A stretch of 59,865 nt of DNA, filler included, from Sphacelaria rigidula (GCA_964200075.2; 6 parts of 6 records of this genome joined end to end with filler, not necessarily neighbours in it), one strand, 5' to 3'. Positions 1 through 13,849 are shown, counted from the whole stretch's first letter. Notes: generated by a model not told the origin, from the letters alone. Program-made: numbers and translations.

Positions 1-2781
1 TGTTGGAAGGATTCCCGACATCAATCTGACTGGGTTAACGCCCACCTTCATGAGACACCCAGGAGGCAGTGCGGCACCCGTCTCCGTGTGTGGAAGTAGC
101 AAGACCAGGGAATGAAGCACCATCGTGGTCTATGCCATTTGGAAAATAGTTGGTGCGCTTTCCGGCTATCAATACTTCGAGGATGCGGCTTACTCTCGAC
201 GCGACTCGCCGAACAGTTTTGCACGGTTCGCGCTTGGTGATTAATCGTGACCGTCGTCCAGCGAAAACTCGGAATGTTCCGCCCCGGGTTGGCGGTGATC
301 CTACGTCAATGATGTCAATTGTAGGGCATAAAAGGTCGTGGATACACCCTGTGCAATGCAAAGCTTGCTTGGGCAAATTGCGTACAAAGGCGCTCGCGTC
401 ACGACCGTCGTAAACGGTTTTAATCCCTCTTTTTTCTACCGTGGATATATATACTTTCCTATACTTTCTATTTCTCGGGAAAGAATCAGGTGTTTATTTC
501 TACGTCACAGCGATGAAAGTGGGGGAACCTGCTGCCCTTCTGTATCGTGACGGTTGTCTTCTTCCTCCCATTTTCTGGCCGTGTGTTTTCATGTTGAGCT
601 GTTCGGGAGTCTGTGAATAAACACTTGGAACCTCATCTCTTGTCAGGGATGGTCAGGACATGATTAGAAGGACCGGCGTACGCCTGTGACCACTGGTTTG
701 AGACACGTGCCTTATGCGCGAAAAATAGTTTCAGTGACAACGATAACACACACATAATTACTGTAGTGGTAATTATTTCACAATCATAGTATTGATAGCA
801 ATACAAATAACGCATGCTTCGTCAGCATACGAAAGTCCTACTGTACGGTCGACAGGTATTCCAAGAAGAAGCAGGTGCTGCACAGGACACGACGTTATAC
901 CGGGTAATACGGACTCGGCGTCTCGTTTATCGGGGGACGTTCTGTGCCGTCTCTGTTCCATCATATGCATTCATTCCATTCTAGCGCAGTGTACATCTTG
1001 CGAAAATCAGACACCACCGGATGCTCACCACCACGGGGCATGCCGCTGCACGTGGGTGCTCCAATCCGCTCAAACGTTCCCGGGCTCCAGCAAGTTGTCA
1101 GCATCCGACTCCTCCTCCCTGTCCGCCGCGCTACTACCTGGTAACACCGACAACATGGTGAACAAAGTGGGAGGAAAGTCGGCTGGCGATGATGCCCACG
1201 CCAGACCCCATCGACGGTGTTGTCGTACGCGCCTCGGAAAGTAGAGAAGCGCCGCCACCTTCCTCTCTCGAGGAATAAGTCTTGAAATCTGGCACAGCTA
1301 ACGAGCATGCGGGAAGCGTACGTCAAGCCTCAATGAATATCGGGCGATGTGGAGGCTGACCAGCGATAGTTTTGACCCACCTTGTAATTCAGACACGCCC
1401 GAGAACCACCACAGCGTTCCCAATATCGATCACAACCTCGCCCTCACCGCGCAAATCATGCGCCATTTCCACGTCATCGCGACCCCAATCGATGAGGCAT
1501 GAAAAATCGGTATTTACCGTTAGTGTTGCACGCCCATATCGCCGCACCCCTTTCCCACATAACCCGCATGCCTACCGACCCTGACAGCGGAGGACACTTG
1601 GTCGAAGGTTGTGGTGGCGTCGTCGCTCAAAGTCCTGTCGCCGACATCGTATAATCCCGCTCGGCGAGGCGCCAGCCGTATGATAGTTATGCCCTCGCCC
1701 TCATCGACGAAGCGCCCGGCGGCAATCTCCGCAACCACGCTTCACGTAGCAATGTGAAAGGCAACGGCAACCGCCCCTGTCCAAGGGGCGTGAGGTTATC
1801 GAGGCGCAGGAGATACTGGTCAGCCGTCCAGTTGCCGTTCTCTCCTGTGTGCTCTCGACTTCCTTGCGAAAGGTACAGAGGCAGCTGTCCAGAGGCGACT
1901 GTCTGCGTTTAGATTGACGCTCTCCTCACCCAGGTGCATCGTGCTAGCATCCCTCGCTCGAAATAATTCTTCCACGAACCGAACTTTCCCCTCGGCTCTC
2001 CTCGACGCCGTCTTTGGCGCCCGTACGCATGCAACGCACCTCTCTGCCGCCCGCTGCTCCTTTCGCTTCTCCATCCTGTGGAGAGAATAGAAATAGTCAG
2101 GGGCGGAACACAGATATCCGCGGCTTGACACCCAGCCCTCCACAACTGCCGTCTGTGCCGCTGCGCTCGTGGCTGACATCCCATACCACGATTCCGCCGC
2201 GGCGGGGACCGCTTCGTCATCGACAAGACGCCGAAATGGGGGTTCGGGGCCTGGTGTGTCCGGCGGCCGCCAGTGGCACGCGCAGCACAAGAACTCGCCG
2301 GAGTGCACGGGACTACCGGTGCACATCGGACAAGGCGTCGGCCACTCCTCTGTCGAATCACCCGCCGCCTTTCCGTGTGGCAGCGAGATACGTGTCTGCC
2401 TTTTCGGGGGATGCACGTCGGCTTGCTCAGCACGCGGTTCTTCTCTTGAGGTGGGTGTCGTCGGCCGTTGCGCCCCCAAGAAGAAACCCGTCAGCATTCC
2501 GGCGCTACCTTCCCTTTCGATGCAGACGGCGTGTGCCACCCGCCCCCGATAGTAGGCTCTGGTCGTCGGTGATGGCTGTGCCGTCGCTGGTGCTACCCAG
2601 CGATGATTCATGGCCGGGAGCGGTATCACGCTTAGACCGCGCCTACTCGGGCATACTCCCGACCGCGGCGTCCCTGCTCTCATCCGCCGCCATACAGCCG
2701 GGTTCGCACGTGGATTGTACCACTCCTGCCAGTGAAGCTGGCGGCTCCTCTTCGCTGACGCACATCTTATTCTAACCTTAA

Positions 2782-2878
2782 CCCTTAGACCGCGAGATTA
2801 GTCTTTCTGGACCATGCATACATTTTTTCACTTGAAATTGATGCCGATTCAACAGGAGACTAACCTCGCGGTCTAAGG
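2782..2878. mobile_element. 97-bp piggyBac-like MITE
   Basis: TTAA|CCCTTAGACCGCGAGATTAGTCT ... AGACTAACCTCGCGGTCTAAGG|TTAA: TIRs starting CCC and a TTAA target duplication. Confidence 0.75.
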
Positions 2879-4573
2879 TTAATTAAGCCCTAGGCAGCAA
2901 CGGTCACCTCGGAACAGTTTCACAGACTGACAGTCCGGAGACATGCGAGGGTTTTCGGTGGACCAGAGGGGGGTTGAGGGAGGGGAGGGGGGTGTCTGTC
3001 CGCAGAGCAGCCGCGAAGCTCACCAAGTCAACCATGTGTGTCTGGAAGTTTCCCGCGGAAGATTCCAAGCCAGGAACGAGGCCCGAGAGACGCGGAATGA
3101 CCACCCTGACCGATCACGGCCGTCAAAATGAGCGCGTAGTTCCCCTACAGGTGGACAACAGGTTGACGAATTTTCTGTCTGGCGGTATTTTTCATTTGAG
3201 TCATGGCAAATCAACCATAGAGAGGACATGGACATAAATAACCCGTTTGTACGCTGCTCGTAGTCTTGGACGCCTTGCTGACACCTCATGTGTTGCCAGC
3301 ATAGCTTCACACTGTCTGTCGTGTTGTTGAACACTAAGCAGAGGCATGCAGTAAATTATGTTCAGTGGAGAGTGATGGCACGCTGATTGTTTATTGCCGT
3401 TGTATCCAGAGAAGACATGCTGCACACATACTGACTGTGCGCGCTAAAGAATGCACGGTCAACACGGGCCAGGGGTCCTCCGGAACTATTTTCGTTCAGG
3501 TACCCAGAATCCACATGGTGTGAAAAAAAGTGTTTTGTGCAGCTTGAAAAGAGTCGTTCCAACCCCCAACTGTGGCACAGTTCATCTCAATCCACCGGCG
3601 GGGGGGGTCCCCGTCCACGGGGTAATCGTCTAGTCAAGGAAAATATGTTCCTCTGTTGAAAAAACTGGGTTATTTTTCTTGTTGATTGAACGCCATATCG
3701 ATTTCCTACACCGTATATGGAGGTAGGGTCTTTTCTAGAGTCTATATTAAACCCCGAATGATATGTACAGCGGATGGTGACGTTCTTGGTGCGAACGTTT
3801 CCTGAAGCACGGGGAAACGACTGATCCCCTTACCTTCACCTGATTTGTTATCTATCTAAAGATATTTCGCGCATAAGATTCCATACTGAACTTGATATAT
3901 TACGAGCAGAGACGGAGTGTACCAAATCTGGATTTTCTCCTTCCAGTTTTGAGAGTTGTGCTTTGATATTTGGTCGGGAGTGTCGCTGAGAAAAAATGGA
4001 AAATTCACTTTCAGGATCTCGTTTTTTTTTCACGAATCAAGGACGATTTTGTGGAAAATGGTCATTATTCTCAGCCCTTAGCTCAATATGTCTAATCACT
4101 TTTGAGAAGGGAGATTTTAAATTGCTCCTGGAGAGTTGCAGAGCATGCTGCAAACGAAACAAGAGTGGGCCTTCTTATGCAATCCGTATCGCTCGTTCGT
4201 GAGAAACAGACGCTCAGCGCCAGCCTGACTTTCGTTTGTCTCATGAGTACTTGGAGCATCACCAGTTGACTATTGAAAACGCCCTCGCCTTCCGAACCCT
4301 AAGCATGAGTCTCTTGGAAATATTTCATTGTAAGAGAGCCGACACTATATTCATATGTTAAAAATTACTACTGAGAAGTGTGGAATATGTTGCGATGTCA
4401 TAGCTTTGTGTCGCAAGCGACGCTTGGTAGGCCACATTACTTCTCACGAAACGTCGTTCAAGGGAAATATACCCCATCGTTGTCTACCTCGACGCGAATC
4501 AGGTTTGAGCTAGATCATAACTTGATAGTTTCCCCTCCCCACCGTTTACGTGGTACGTCATGATCTCCACAAG

Positions 4574-4698
4574 GGCAAACATGGCGAAGCTGAGCACTTT
4601 TTCAGAAGCGCCGTTTCGCTATGGGAAGAAGCATAGGGCGCGACACTCCTGAAGTGTCTACAGGATTGGACAATCTTGCGAGGTGCTTGGCGGAACAG
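4574..4698 (+). pseudogene. Frameshifted TPR cassette exon (125 nt)
   Basis: AG|GKHGEAEHFFRSAVSLWEEA[-1 nt]GRDTPEVSTGLDNLARCLAEQ|GT; one base shorter than its three 126-nt sister exons. Confidence 0.75.
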
Positions 4699-5286
4699 GT
4701 GACGCGTCACGACCCTTCCGCTGAGAATATGTAACGACACTTCGAACTTCCAGACGCTCTGGATATACCGTTGACAATGTACAGCTCCGCTGCGTGGTAT
4801 CACAGCCAACTCAAAAGCTGAATCAAGGTATCGTTACGCAGACCCATAGTGTCACTTTCATTTGCTCCTTCACTCCCAACTCAAGTGTGTAGAGGCCAGG
4901 TCATTCCACGTGAGACCTGTTGTGCCTCTGGATATTTCAACAGCGGAGCAGTAACATTGTGCAACAGCATAACCCCGCATGATTGCATCCTTCCGTCGTT
5001 GAGCGCTTTCACCTCGGTGTGACGTGTACAGTAGTTCATTTTGTGGTCTACGAGACGGAACGTGCCGATACAGGTTGAAACGCGTTCACGCGATTGGTCA
5101 TATATACACCAAAGGGCGTAGGATTTCCTGCCGTGACGTGATCTTCCAACACTTGGCCACATCAGGCTTTTCTTGAGACGACGGAGGATAGCCATGTCCA
5201 GTTGTCGCGTGTCGTTCTCGATCGATAATAGTGTAACTTCTGTACTGAATATTGCAGTCCAAAGCCACGCCAACCGTGCCCCACAG

Positions 5287-5412
5287 GGCAAACATCATGA
5301 GGCTGACTTGCTCTATCTTCGCTGCATCGGGATTATGGAGAGCACCCTAGGCCCTGCACACCCATATGTTGCTACGGGGCTCAACAACCGTGGAGCACTG
5401 CTGGACTCTCAG
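5287..5412 (+). CDS. TPR (kinesin-light-chain-like) exon, 126 nt, phase 0-0; probably from an NB-ARC-TPR-type gene
   Basis: CAG|GKHHEADLLYLRCIGIMESTLGPAHPYVATGLNNRGALLDSQ|GT. Confidence 0.85.
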
Positions 5413-5532
5413 GTCATAATAGTTTTTGTTTCCAATTGTCTCGACGTTGACGTTGCCCTCTTGACAAAAAAAAAAAACTTCCCGTTCCTGTGGCAACTTC
5501 AGCGATGTCCGCCGTTTATACTCGCCCTGCAG

Positions 5533-5658
5533 GGTAAATATGCCGAGAGTGGGGACATGTACATCAGAGCTCAGGAAGTATTCGAGAATGCTGTCGGCCG
5601 CGATGGTGTCGAAGTAGTGGAAACTCTCAAAAATCGGGCGATGTGGTGCAAGAATCAG
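5533..5658 (+). CDS. TPR exon, 126 nt, phase 0-0
   Basis: CAG|GKYAESGDMYIRAQEVFENAVGRDGVEVVETLKNRAMWCKNQ|GTGAG. Confidence 0.8.
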
Positions 5659-5927
5659 GTGAGGGCCATTCGCAGTTTGTGGCACTTCAGGTGTGGACCA
5701 AGCGATGTCAATGTTTCAAGAACAGGTCGAGTAGAGTGTTGGGAGTCGTACCCAAAAAATAACTGGGAAGCGATTCCTGAAATTCTACCCCCATTTTGTG
5801 TACGTTGAGTACGACTTTCGAAATACCCCACAATTGAGTATATACTCTACTCGACCTACCCTTGCAATCTTTCACAATGTCGAGGATTGCACTGACAGGC
5901 AAGCGAACGGATCCTTGCGTCTGACAG

Positions 5928-6053
5928 GGACGCTGCGAAGAGGCCGACTTATTCTTTGCTCATGCCGTCGCGATTGGAGAAAGGATTTTAGGCCCTGACC
6001 ACCCGAGTCATGTTTTAACGCTGAACAACCAGGCCAATTCATTCAACGACCAG
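5928..6053 (+). CDS. TPR exon, 126 nt, phase 0-0
   Basis: CAG|GRCEEADLFFAHAVAIGERILGPDHPSHVLTLNNQANSFNDQ|GTGAG; absent from the ORF track. Confidence 0.85.
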
Positions 6054-6357
6054 GTGAGCGCCGGTAGGTGGCACATGTAGCTTTTACGCTGAGAATGACG
6101 CGCACCGATTTCATGCTATCCGGGTATGTCGCTGATAGGTACCTTCGTATTGCCAGCAGTACGCGAGGCGAATGTGGGGGTACAAATAGTCTCGACCATA
6201 CGTGGTCCCAAACGTTAACAGGAGTCCGCAGGTTGTTGTCGTTGTTATCATGGTACATATCGAACATTCGGATGTTGCGTTTTTGTCGTTTGCTCATGAT
6301 CACGTGGGGCAAGTTAACGGAGGCGAATGGAGCGGCCTGGTTACTAAAACGCCCCGC

Positions 6358-6610
6358 CTAGGCTTAATTCTGGGAATTGGATTTTCAAACTCGATAGGGA
6401 GAATGAACAGGGGCGGAGATTAGTAAAGAAAATATGTCGGGGCGGAGATTTTGTTTTCGTGAGTTGACGTCATTTCCCTGAAAACTGGGTAGTGGTTATT
6501 GCCACTGACTCAAGGAGGAACAAACAAAATGTGTCCGTCCCGATTTGTTTTCATTCCCTAGTCATTCTCCGTACCAAATTGGACAATCCAACTCTGAAAA
6601 TTGAGCCTAG
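6358..6610. mobile_element. MITE with ~26-bp imperfect TIRs
   Basis: CTAGGCTTAATTCTGGGAATTGGATT ... AATCCAACTCTGAAAATTGAGCCTAG; no clear TSD. Confidence 0.55.
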
Positions 6611-9137
6611 ACGAGGTATGTGTGCGTGTGTGTTGTCGAGGTATGCAAACCACAAATTCGCGTCTAGGCCGGCCCAGCTCGTACATATTTCGCGTTTTTT
6701 TTTCAAAACGCAACTATGTTTCTTGAGATGTCAAATTTGAGGAGTTTTAAATGCCACACTGATCAGCAGATAAGACTCCACACACACTCACATGCTCCAG
6801 CTCTCCAGCGGACGCACGAGTGTCCTCGAGACCACAATTGTTTAGCGCGAAATGATTCCTTTGACTCACATGTCTATATCGCTATAGTAAGGTGTTATTG
6901 TCTTGGAAAATATGCTACAGTACTCAAACAGACCCGACAAGATATTTCTACAGCCAACGAACTCGGCTCAACATATATGTATCTCGAAAGTAATTTCTCA
7001 ACACAAGATAGTTGAACACGTTTCATCTGAAAGTCATATTTTCCGAGTTAGTAACTGTTCGAGAGGCAGCAACTCGACCAAGAACGGTCAGAGTTTGTGG
7101 CAACGGGTATGACTCTAGCATAGGGTGTGTACTTGTTTCTCCCATACGTATACTTGGATGAAAAATAATAAGAAATGTCAGGGCCGTGATTGCACCTACT
7201 CGCGTTTTTGGAGTTAGAGCATGACAAATGGTACGGGGCATGAGCAACAGTTTGGCCGATGGGTGTGACCCACAGTAGCTGCCAGCACAGTAATTACAGC
7301 CGACAAAGGACCACAAGGAGTGAGGAGAGCCAACTTCACCACGTGTGTAAGCATCTGAGTAAGTGGAATCTCCTCGTTTGATCCGGCGAGTGGCAAGGTC
7401 GATGTTCCTAGTGGCAGGTGTGCACTTTACAGGCAGCAGTCGGCACCCGCATGCCCTCGCCAAGAAGCGAGTGCGTCCGAGACCCGTTGATGTATCCCCT
7501 GCAGCGCCTGCGCCGTCGCGTCTATCATGTAGCTGTCCGGCGCTATTCAAAATTTGGGGTCAATCGACCCGTGTAATGTCGAGAACGGCGTGTAACCTTG
7601 GGCCTCAACCCCTCCAGGATCTTGCCGCATGATCCACGACCCTCACAGACGGTGAAACGAGACCCCGTTTTCTCTTGTTCGCGCATGAGAGAAGTGCCGC
7701 CCCTTCGCGGTGTACAATCGTGCTAAATAGTGACGGCATTATTTTTTCACACTTGATGGGCTCGTGGACTGAATATCGCCAAGTATGTATGCTTGCTGTA
7801 TCGTGCATCATTTGTATTTGTTGGGGCCCACATGTCCGTTTATATAGTACTGTATTGTACTGTACTGTACTGTTGTTCGTTGTTCTCAAGCATCCCTGGA
7901 TGGGCACAAAATTGGGACCAAGGCTTCGCCAACTGTGCGCGACATCACCTGCACTTTCCTACTATTGTAAAACTTATCCGCACGGAGGACAGCAACACCC
8001 CACGGTAGACGGCTCACTTTCCCGTTCGGATTAAACTCCATGCACCGCACCTCTCCTCTCGGCCGGTTGACACAGGGAGCATAGGTTGCACTCCGATTGG
8101 CATATCGCGCATGGATTCTGAGGACGTTCATGCGGCTGACACCGCCGCTGTAAACTCCGTTCGTTTGGAGGTGAGGTGATGAAAAGTTCAAGCGAGTGCG
8201 TGGCTCGTGCTTCCGATCATCACATGTCCTGTCGTCGTATTTTCGACATCGATAAAGCAGCGATAATAAAGAGTCGTGTCGCCGCAGATGAATGGCGTCG
8301 TGACTTCCCTTCACCCTCCCCGCCGGCCCCGGCAGGCGGATGAAACGTGCAAAGAAAATGTGTACACAAGGAATAAGTCGACTCATATGCGTTTGATAAC
8401 GCTCGTTGTGGGATAACTGATTTGAATAGTATATTGCCGCACTTCAGCAGGCGCCCCTGGGATCCAACCGTGGTCACGTGATGAGCGTGCCGAAGACAAA
8501 ACAAAATTGATACACTTGCTGAAGAAAAACGAGCGACAGAAAAAGTCGAATAGATCGACATAGTAGACTGAGACAAGAAAATAACGAATAACATGTCTAG
8601 TAAAGCAATGCATAGATATAAGCGGGTGATATAAAACAACAAAATTAAATGAAGAAAACGGCAGGAAAAACAAGGAAGGATCAGAAAAGAGCTACGAGGG
8701 AGAAGATTCAAGGAAAAAGAAAAAAGCACACGGGATACAGGGCAGCAGAGTGGATGCAGACACACACGTGAGGTGTTCATTTTACGGTTTCGGCCGGCGG
8801 CACCAGTATCGGCTTCGTAGCTTGAACGGGATAGTAGATATATTTTCCAACGACCTGAGGTAGACGGCACAACGCTGTCGATAACGTTCCATTATCTGAG
8901 GTACACGGCGGAACTCGGCTGTACTTCTTTCCTCAGTATCAGATATAACGCGAAAACTGTCTGTGTCAACTCTCAAGGTATTTGAAACGTGACAGAGGTG
9001 TGAAGAATCCGTTTTTTTGCAACACGGAAGATGGCTACATTTTTTGAAGAACTTGGCAGTGGGTACCGTCTGCAAGTGTTTTTTTTTGGAATCTCACCGC
9101 CAACCCCAACACTGGAGAACATAAGGACAGCATACAG

Positions 9138-9277
9138 GTCCTCTCATTTTGGCGCTTCGGATACCCCGGCATCGACGGGGGGGAACAAGCTACGGAGACA
9201 CGCACGACCTCATATTTGGCGGTCGTTTCCTGCCTCATGCTTGTTTACTTGCCGAGACTGGGGTTCATGTCGGTGAT
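9138..9277 (+). CDS. Candidate exon of an unknown membrane protein
   Basis: CAG|VLSFWRFGYPGIDGGEQATETRTTSYLAVVSCLMLVYLPRLGFMSV..|GTATGG; phase-compatible with 9533-9672. Confidence 0.45.
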
Positions 9278-9532
9278 GTATGGTTCAGTGAGGAGATAAC
9301 GAATTGCAGAGTGCGTGTACTGTTATGAAACAGCCACTTATCGCATGTACGGACGACACAGTACTATTGGCCCAACAAATCTCTCCAGAAGTGTAGCCGG
9401 CAGTGGGAGAAATGACCTTCGCGGCAGGATCATTACGTGAATATTTCTCGCTGCCACCCACTCACGAAGCCCACCACTAAGCAATCGGGATTCCACCCCC
9501 CTTCGTGTTTCCGCTGCATATGCGATCGCCAG

Positions 9533-9672
9533 TATCTCGTGGACAGTGGCACCGCCGAAGACTGTGGAAGATTTGAGCGCCACTGCCCGCGAGCCCTACC
9601 TTACGGGAGAGTCGGCGGGCGGTAAACCCCCTGCACCGAAGGTTGTCGCACCATTCGCGGGGGGTGCATCAG
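9533..9672 (+). CDS. Candidate exon continuing 9138-9277
   Basis: CAG|ISWTVAPPKTVEDLSATAREPYLTGESAGGKPPAPKVVAPFAGGAS|GTAAG (strong donor). Confidence 0.5.
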
Positions 9673-9895
9673 GTAAGATCGCAGCACGCGGAAAGGTGCT
9701 GTGTTTCACGTGGTATCGTTGCCGCCGTTGTCTCATACAGTGAACAATAGAATATTTTATACTCTTCACATTGCGCTGTACAGCATCGAGGAGGGGACAC
9801 GGATTGGTCCGTCTTACCCCCCCCCCCCCCCCCCCCGACCCCACCCCCCACCCACGCCACCCAAACCCAAACCCACACTCCCACTCATCCAGACC

Positions 9896-9995
9896 NNNNN
9901 NNNNNNNNNNNNNNNNNNNNNNNNNNNNNNNNNNNNNNNTTAATTAATTAANNNNNNNNNNNNNNNNNNNNNNNNNNNNNNNNNNNNNNNNNNNN
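9896..9995. other. Artificial contig-joining spacer (N-run + TTAATTAATTAA + N-run)
   Basis: 100-bp spacer with stops in all six frames; identical copies recur every ~10 kb. Confidence 0.97.
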
Positions 9996-12900
9996 CATTA
10001 CACAGACCTTGGACCTGTAAAAAGGGGATTGTGAAAAAGGGGATTATCCCCTTCATTAAGACAGGCCCTAATCGTATCCGATAAGAACCCAGAATTCACC
10101 TCGACGCGGTTTCGAGGAAATAAACGCGCCGTGTTTTCGTCATCATACCGGGGTCAACCCTCTGACCGTAGAGTGGAAAATCTATTGAGTCGCCCTGATT
10201 TTCCTTGAAAACTGACTGCGGAACACAGGTGGCCAATCCTGACGACCAAAAGGGTCAACTGTTAACGGTCTCGTTTCGCGAAGATTAGGGTTGGGGTTAC
10301 CGTTTGGACGTCGTTGAGCAAGGCCATATAAGTGTTCGGATCTACATAGGAGGCGGTATCCTATTCTCCATTGCTCTTGACTATTTTCCAGCGTATTACC
10401 CGGATCTACCCCAATATGCAAGTCGCAGCCCTAGCAGATACTCGTATGCTCGCGTTCGTACTGGGGTCTGCAACCCCGTTAACTATTTAGTAGAGAAACT
10501 CTGGGTGGAGATCCAACCCTCGCGACACCCGCAAAAACAAAAACGAAAATCAAATCAAGGCCAATACTGTTACTAGTGTGGCGATCTGTGCACCCCTTTG
10601 CGTAGCCAGCAACTTGGCAATCTAGCTACTGTAGAGGGAATACGGGCGGGCGTACTTTGCTCACGGTACTGTGACTCAAGAGAGGGAGCTATCGCAAAAT
10701 GAGAGGCAACTGTACTCTACGCTCCTCGTTGCTGGAGACGGTTTTCGGGGTCAGATCGAGATTCATCCCCTGCTAATCAAACTGTCATTGTTATTTGGAA
10801 CAGCTGGGCGAGAAATGTCATGCTTGGTTTATGCAGGGTCATCACGTGGTCAAGGCATAACATTGATTCCCATGATGGCATTCTCTTCAACACAAAAAAC
10901 CTGCAGGTAGGGTGGACGCACGGGGACAGGGGGAAGGAGTGGAAGGGGAAAGGGGAGCAAGAGTGCGTTGTGTATGTACAGGGAGGGCGTTCTTGAGATA
11001 GGTGGCTGCTCCTCTGTCATCACGCGGGCCTTGCATCATACTGTACCCTACTCCGCCCCATCCCCGACTCAACGTCCAGGCAACTGCACTAGGAGGGCGC
11101 ACGCGAGGCACGGGGCACGTGTTGACCTCGCTAATTTATGAGCTGCTGTGCTATTGTCAGTAGTTCTCAATCGTCGCGGCTGCTCTTGCTGTTTCTGATT
11201 CGAGTGTACCATTACCTTTGACCCTTGCCCTCGTGCAGTCTACGGTCTTCGCTTCTCAGTTCCCCTCATTCCGATATCGCGTGCTCAACCACTTGGCGAA
11301 AGGTGGTTCCTAATGGCACGCTCTCTCGGTTGTTGCCGTATTCTTATCCCTCGTGAATGTTGGGTCCAGCGCACCCGGGGCTCAACGACCACCTATGACG
11401 CCGCCGTTTCCAGCGCTTCTCTGTGGTGTGTGCCCTCTCTATTGTACATATATCGACCGCATGACGCGTGATTCTCGAGTGCATATGAGCACAAATCGGT
11501 ACAATCAACACAGTAGTGAAGTCAGTGCCCATCACAGCATGCTGCATATTTTTTCGGGCTCCAAAGCGAGATGCATGCCATTTTGTACGGGTGGAAAACG
11601 GAAAGACTGGCGGCTGGTTTCATCAGTATCGCCACCGTTTAGAACAGGCCTCCCTGATTGTGTGATTGCATTGAGGCGATGCCTCACTCCTGGTGGCTAG
11701 ATATAATCTCAATCGCCGATGAGCACAAAAAGCACGGCTCGACAATTCAAAGCGGTGCCAGTACGAATGTACACCGTGGTGTTGCTCGCCGAAATAGGAA
11801 CTCGATGCTAGGGTAGTAGTGATGAGCCATCCGTTTTTACCGAGCTATTGATAATTGGCGTCACGTGCTCTCTGGGCAGCGGTGGCATTTTACTCATGTG
11901 CCGGGTTCACACCACGACGAACAACAACATAGCACCGCGAAATGCAGCGATCGATTCACTGTTACGAATCTTGGCTTGCTTTCTCATCCAAGTTCAGATT
12001 TGATGAAGCGCTTCTTTCAACAAGACTGCACACGAGAGGCAGTGTGCTCAAAATCTCCCCTCTTTCCTACCTCTTTTGTCACTCGCGAGCAAACTTTGAT
12101 GTATCAGATGAGCAGAATGAGGGTACCATAGACCTGACACAGTGCACGACTGCGCAGCTGAAGACACAGATGAGCATGCTGCATGTGCTGGGCGTCATGG
12201 ATGAGGTCAGCTTCCAGGACACTGTGCGGCCAAAGACACAAGTGACAGAGACAACGTCTCACCTGTCGAAGTAACCACTTATTTCGTGTTGCAAGACTCA
12301 ATTGAAAAAATTTTCGGGTCGTCGCCCTGGTCATATCCTGTGCTCATGTCATGTAGACCTCACCGTGAAGTTCACTTTGAGCAGCATATGCAGGGCAGGC
12401 TGGCAAGTCGTCCACCGACGATGCCACGTTATCCCGGATGTGACTATTCTTGTAGTTGGGCACCGACGCGCACCAACGATATGAATCATGACGAAACCCC
12501 ACACCAGTGTGCATGCGTATGTGTGGCCACAATCCATTGTGAATTGCGAGCGAACGCCCAAGTGCTGCATGGGATAGGCAGATACAGTGTACCATATGAG
12601 CTGCGTTGTTTTTTACACAGACAGACGGGACACCACACCGCAAGTTCGTGGACACCGCATGGGTGAAGCACTCACAAGCTGGCACATTATGGCCGCAATT
12701 GTTTTACTCCAAATCACTATACTCGAGATTGGGAGAGACTGATACCTGCCTCTCAGTAATGGTTAATGCAGACTGGCAAACACCGGAGGTCAACGCTCGC
12801 CGGAGGGGGCCTCCAGTCCTCAGAGTTCGACATTCAACCGCTTGGTCGGGAGGGTAGGTCGTCTGTTGAACGGACGACGTTTTCATTCCGAAGCTGATCG

Positions 12901-13063
12901 GAAAACCCTTGTTCCATGGCGCCGGTCATAGGGTTGGTCCTGGGGCCTCTAGGGTTTGAGACCTCGAATCTAGGAGCAATCGTGTGAAATCGATACACGC
13001 AGTGGGTGAGTAGGTGAAATGGGTTGCTTCGCAGTCGAACGATTGAGTTGCTCCGACGGAGTT

Positions 13064-13250
13064 CGTACTGTGTGAGAGGACCGCGTACTTAGAGGACCGC
13101 ATCGGAATTTGAACATCCCTATGATTGGGGTTATGGTCAGGGGCGTGGTACCTACAGAGACTGACCGGATTGGTTTTGAAAAACGTCGATCCCGAGGTGT
13201 TTTGAACTATGCCGCGGTCCTCTAAGCACGCGATCCTCTCACGCATTACA
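13064..13250. mobile_element. TGT...ACA MITE family, copy 1
   Basis: ~37-bp TIR (consensus TGTAATGCGTGAGAGGACCGCGTGCTTAGAGGACCGC); 5-bp flanks GAGTT/GATTT. Confidence 0.8.
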
Positions 13251-13849
13251 GATTTTACCCCATCTCGTCGCGACGAATCCGCGGCCGGAGCCTGGTTTTA
13301 GTGCAGACCATCATATTCTCATCACTGGGTGACTGGCAGTCACCAGGTGCTCGCTCAGCGTGCCAGCACTCGTGTCAGAGCCCAATCGGCACAGCAGGAG
13401 CTTTGCCAACGCACACCTTGTGCAGGGAACCCTCCTCAACCCCATTTCTAGAAGGCGCTCGATATACCTTGGGTTCGGGTTCGGGTTAACCTCAGAGTTT
13501 GTCAAACGCCGAGTATGTTCGACAATGGATTTGGAGCGGCGGGCGGACGGGGGTAGACTCGCGCGATGAACCCTATTGCTGAAGCTGGGGACCTCTCGTC
13601 TCTGTGCGACTCCCTCCCATCAAACTCACCCTATCGTCCTCGTCACGACAACACATCACTCCGCATTTCGGTGTTACCCGAGCCTTGACTTGGGTGATTT
13701 GCGTGTAGCCACGGGGGTTACTTTTTACTGATTTTCAATGCTTCACTCATGGTTGAGATTTAGCGCTCCGCGCTCGCGGGATCAGGGTCAACGCCACTTT
13801 CCCTCCACCAGCGTGTAGTATCCTAGCCGTTAGCGACAAGCATTATGAG

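Noticed and set aside
5173-5808. 211-aa ORF as a single CDS
   Set aside because: Reads through a 120-nt intron between two TPR exons
9940-9951. TTAATTAATTAA palindrome as a biological site
   Set aside because: Embedded in Ns and identical at every junction
10804-12860. Exon-like segments at ~10804-10906, ~12108-12241 and ~12621-12857
   Set aside because: Plausible splice sites, but no recognisable protein or consistent gene model
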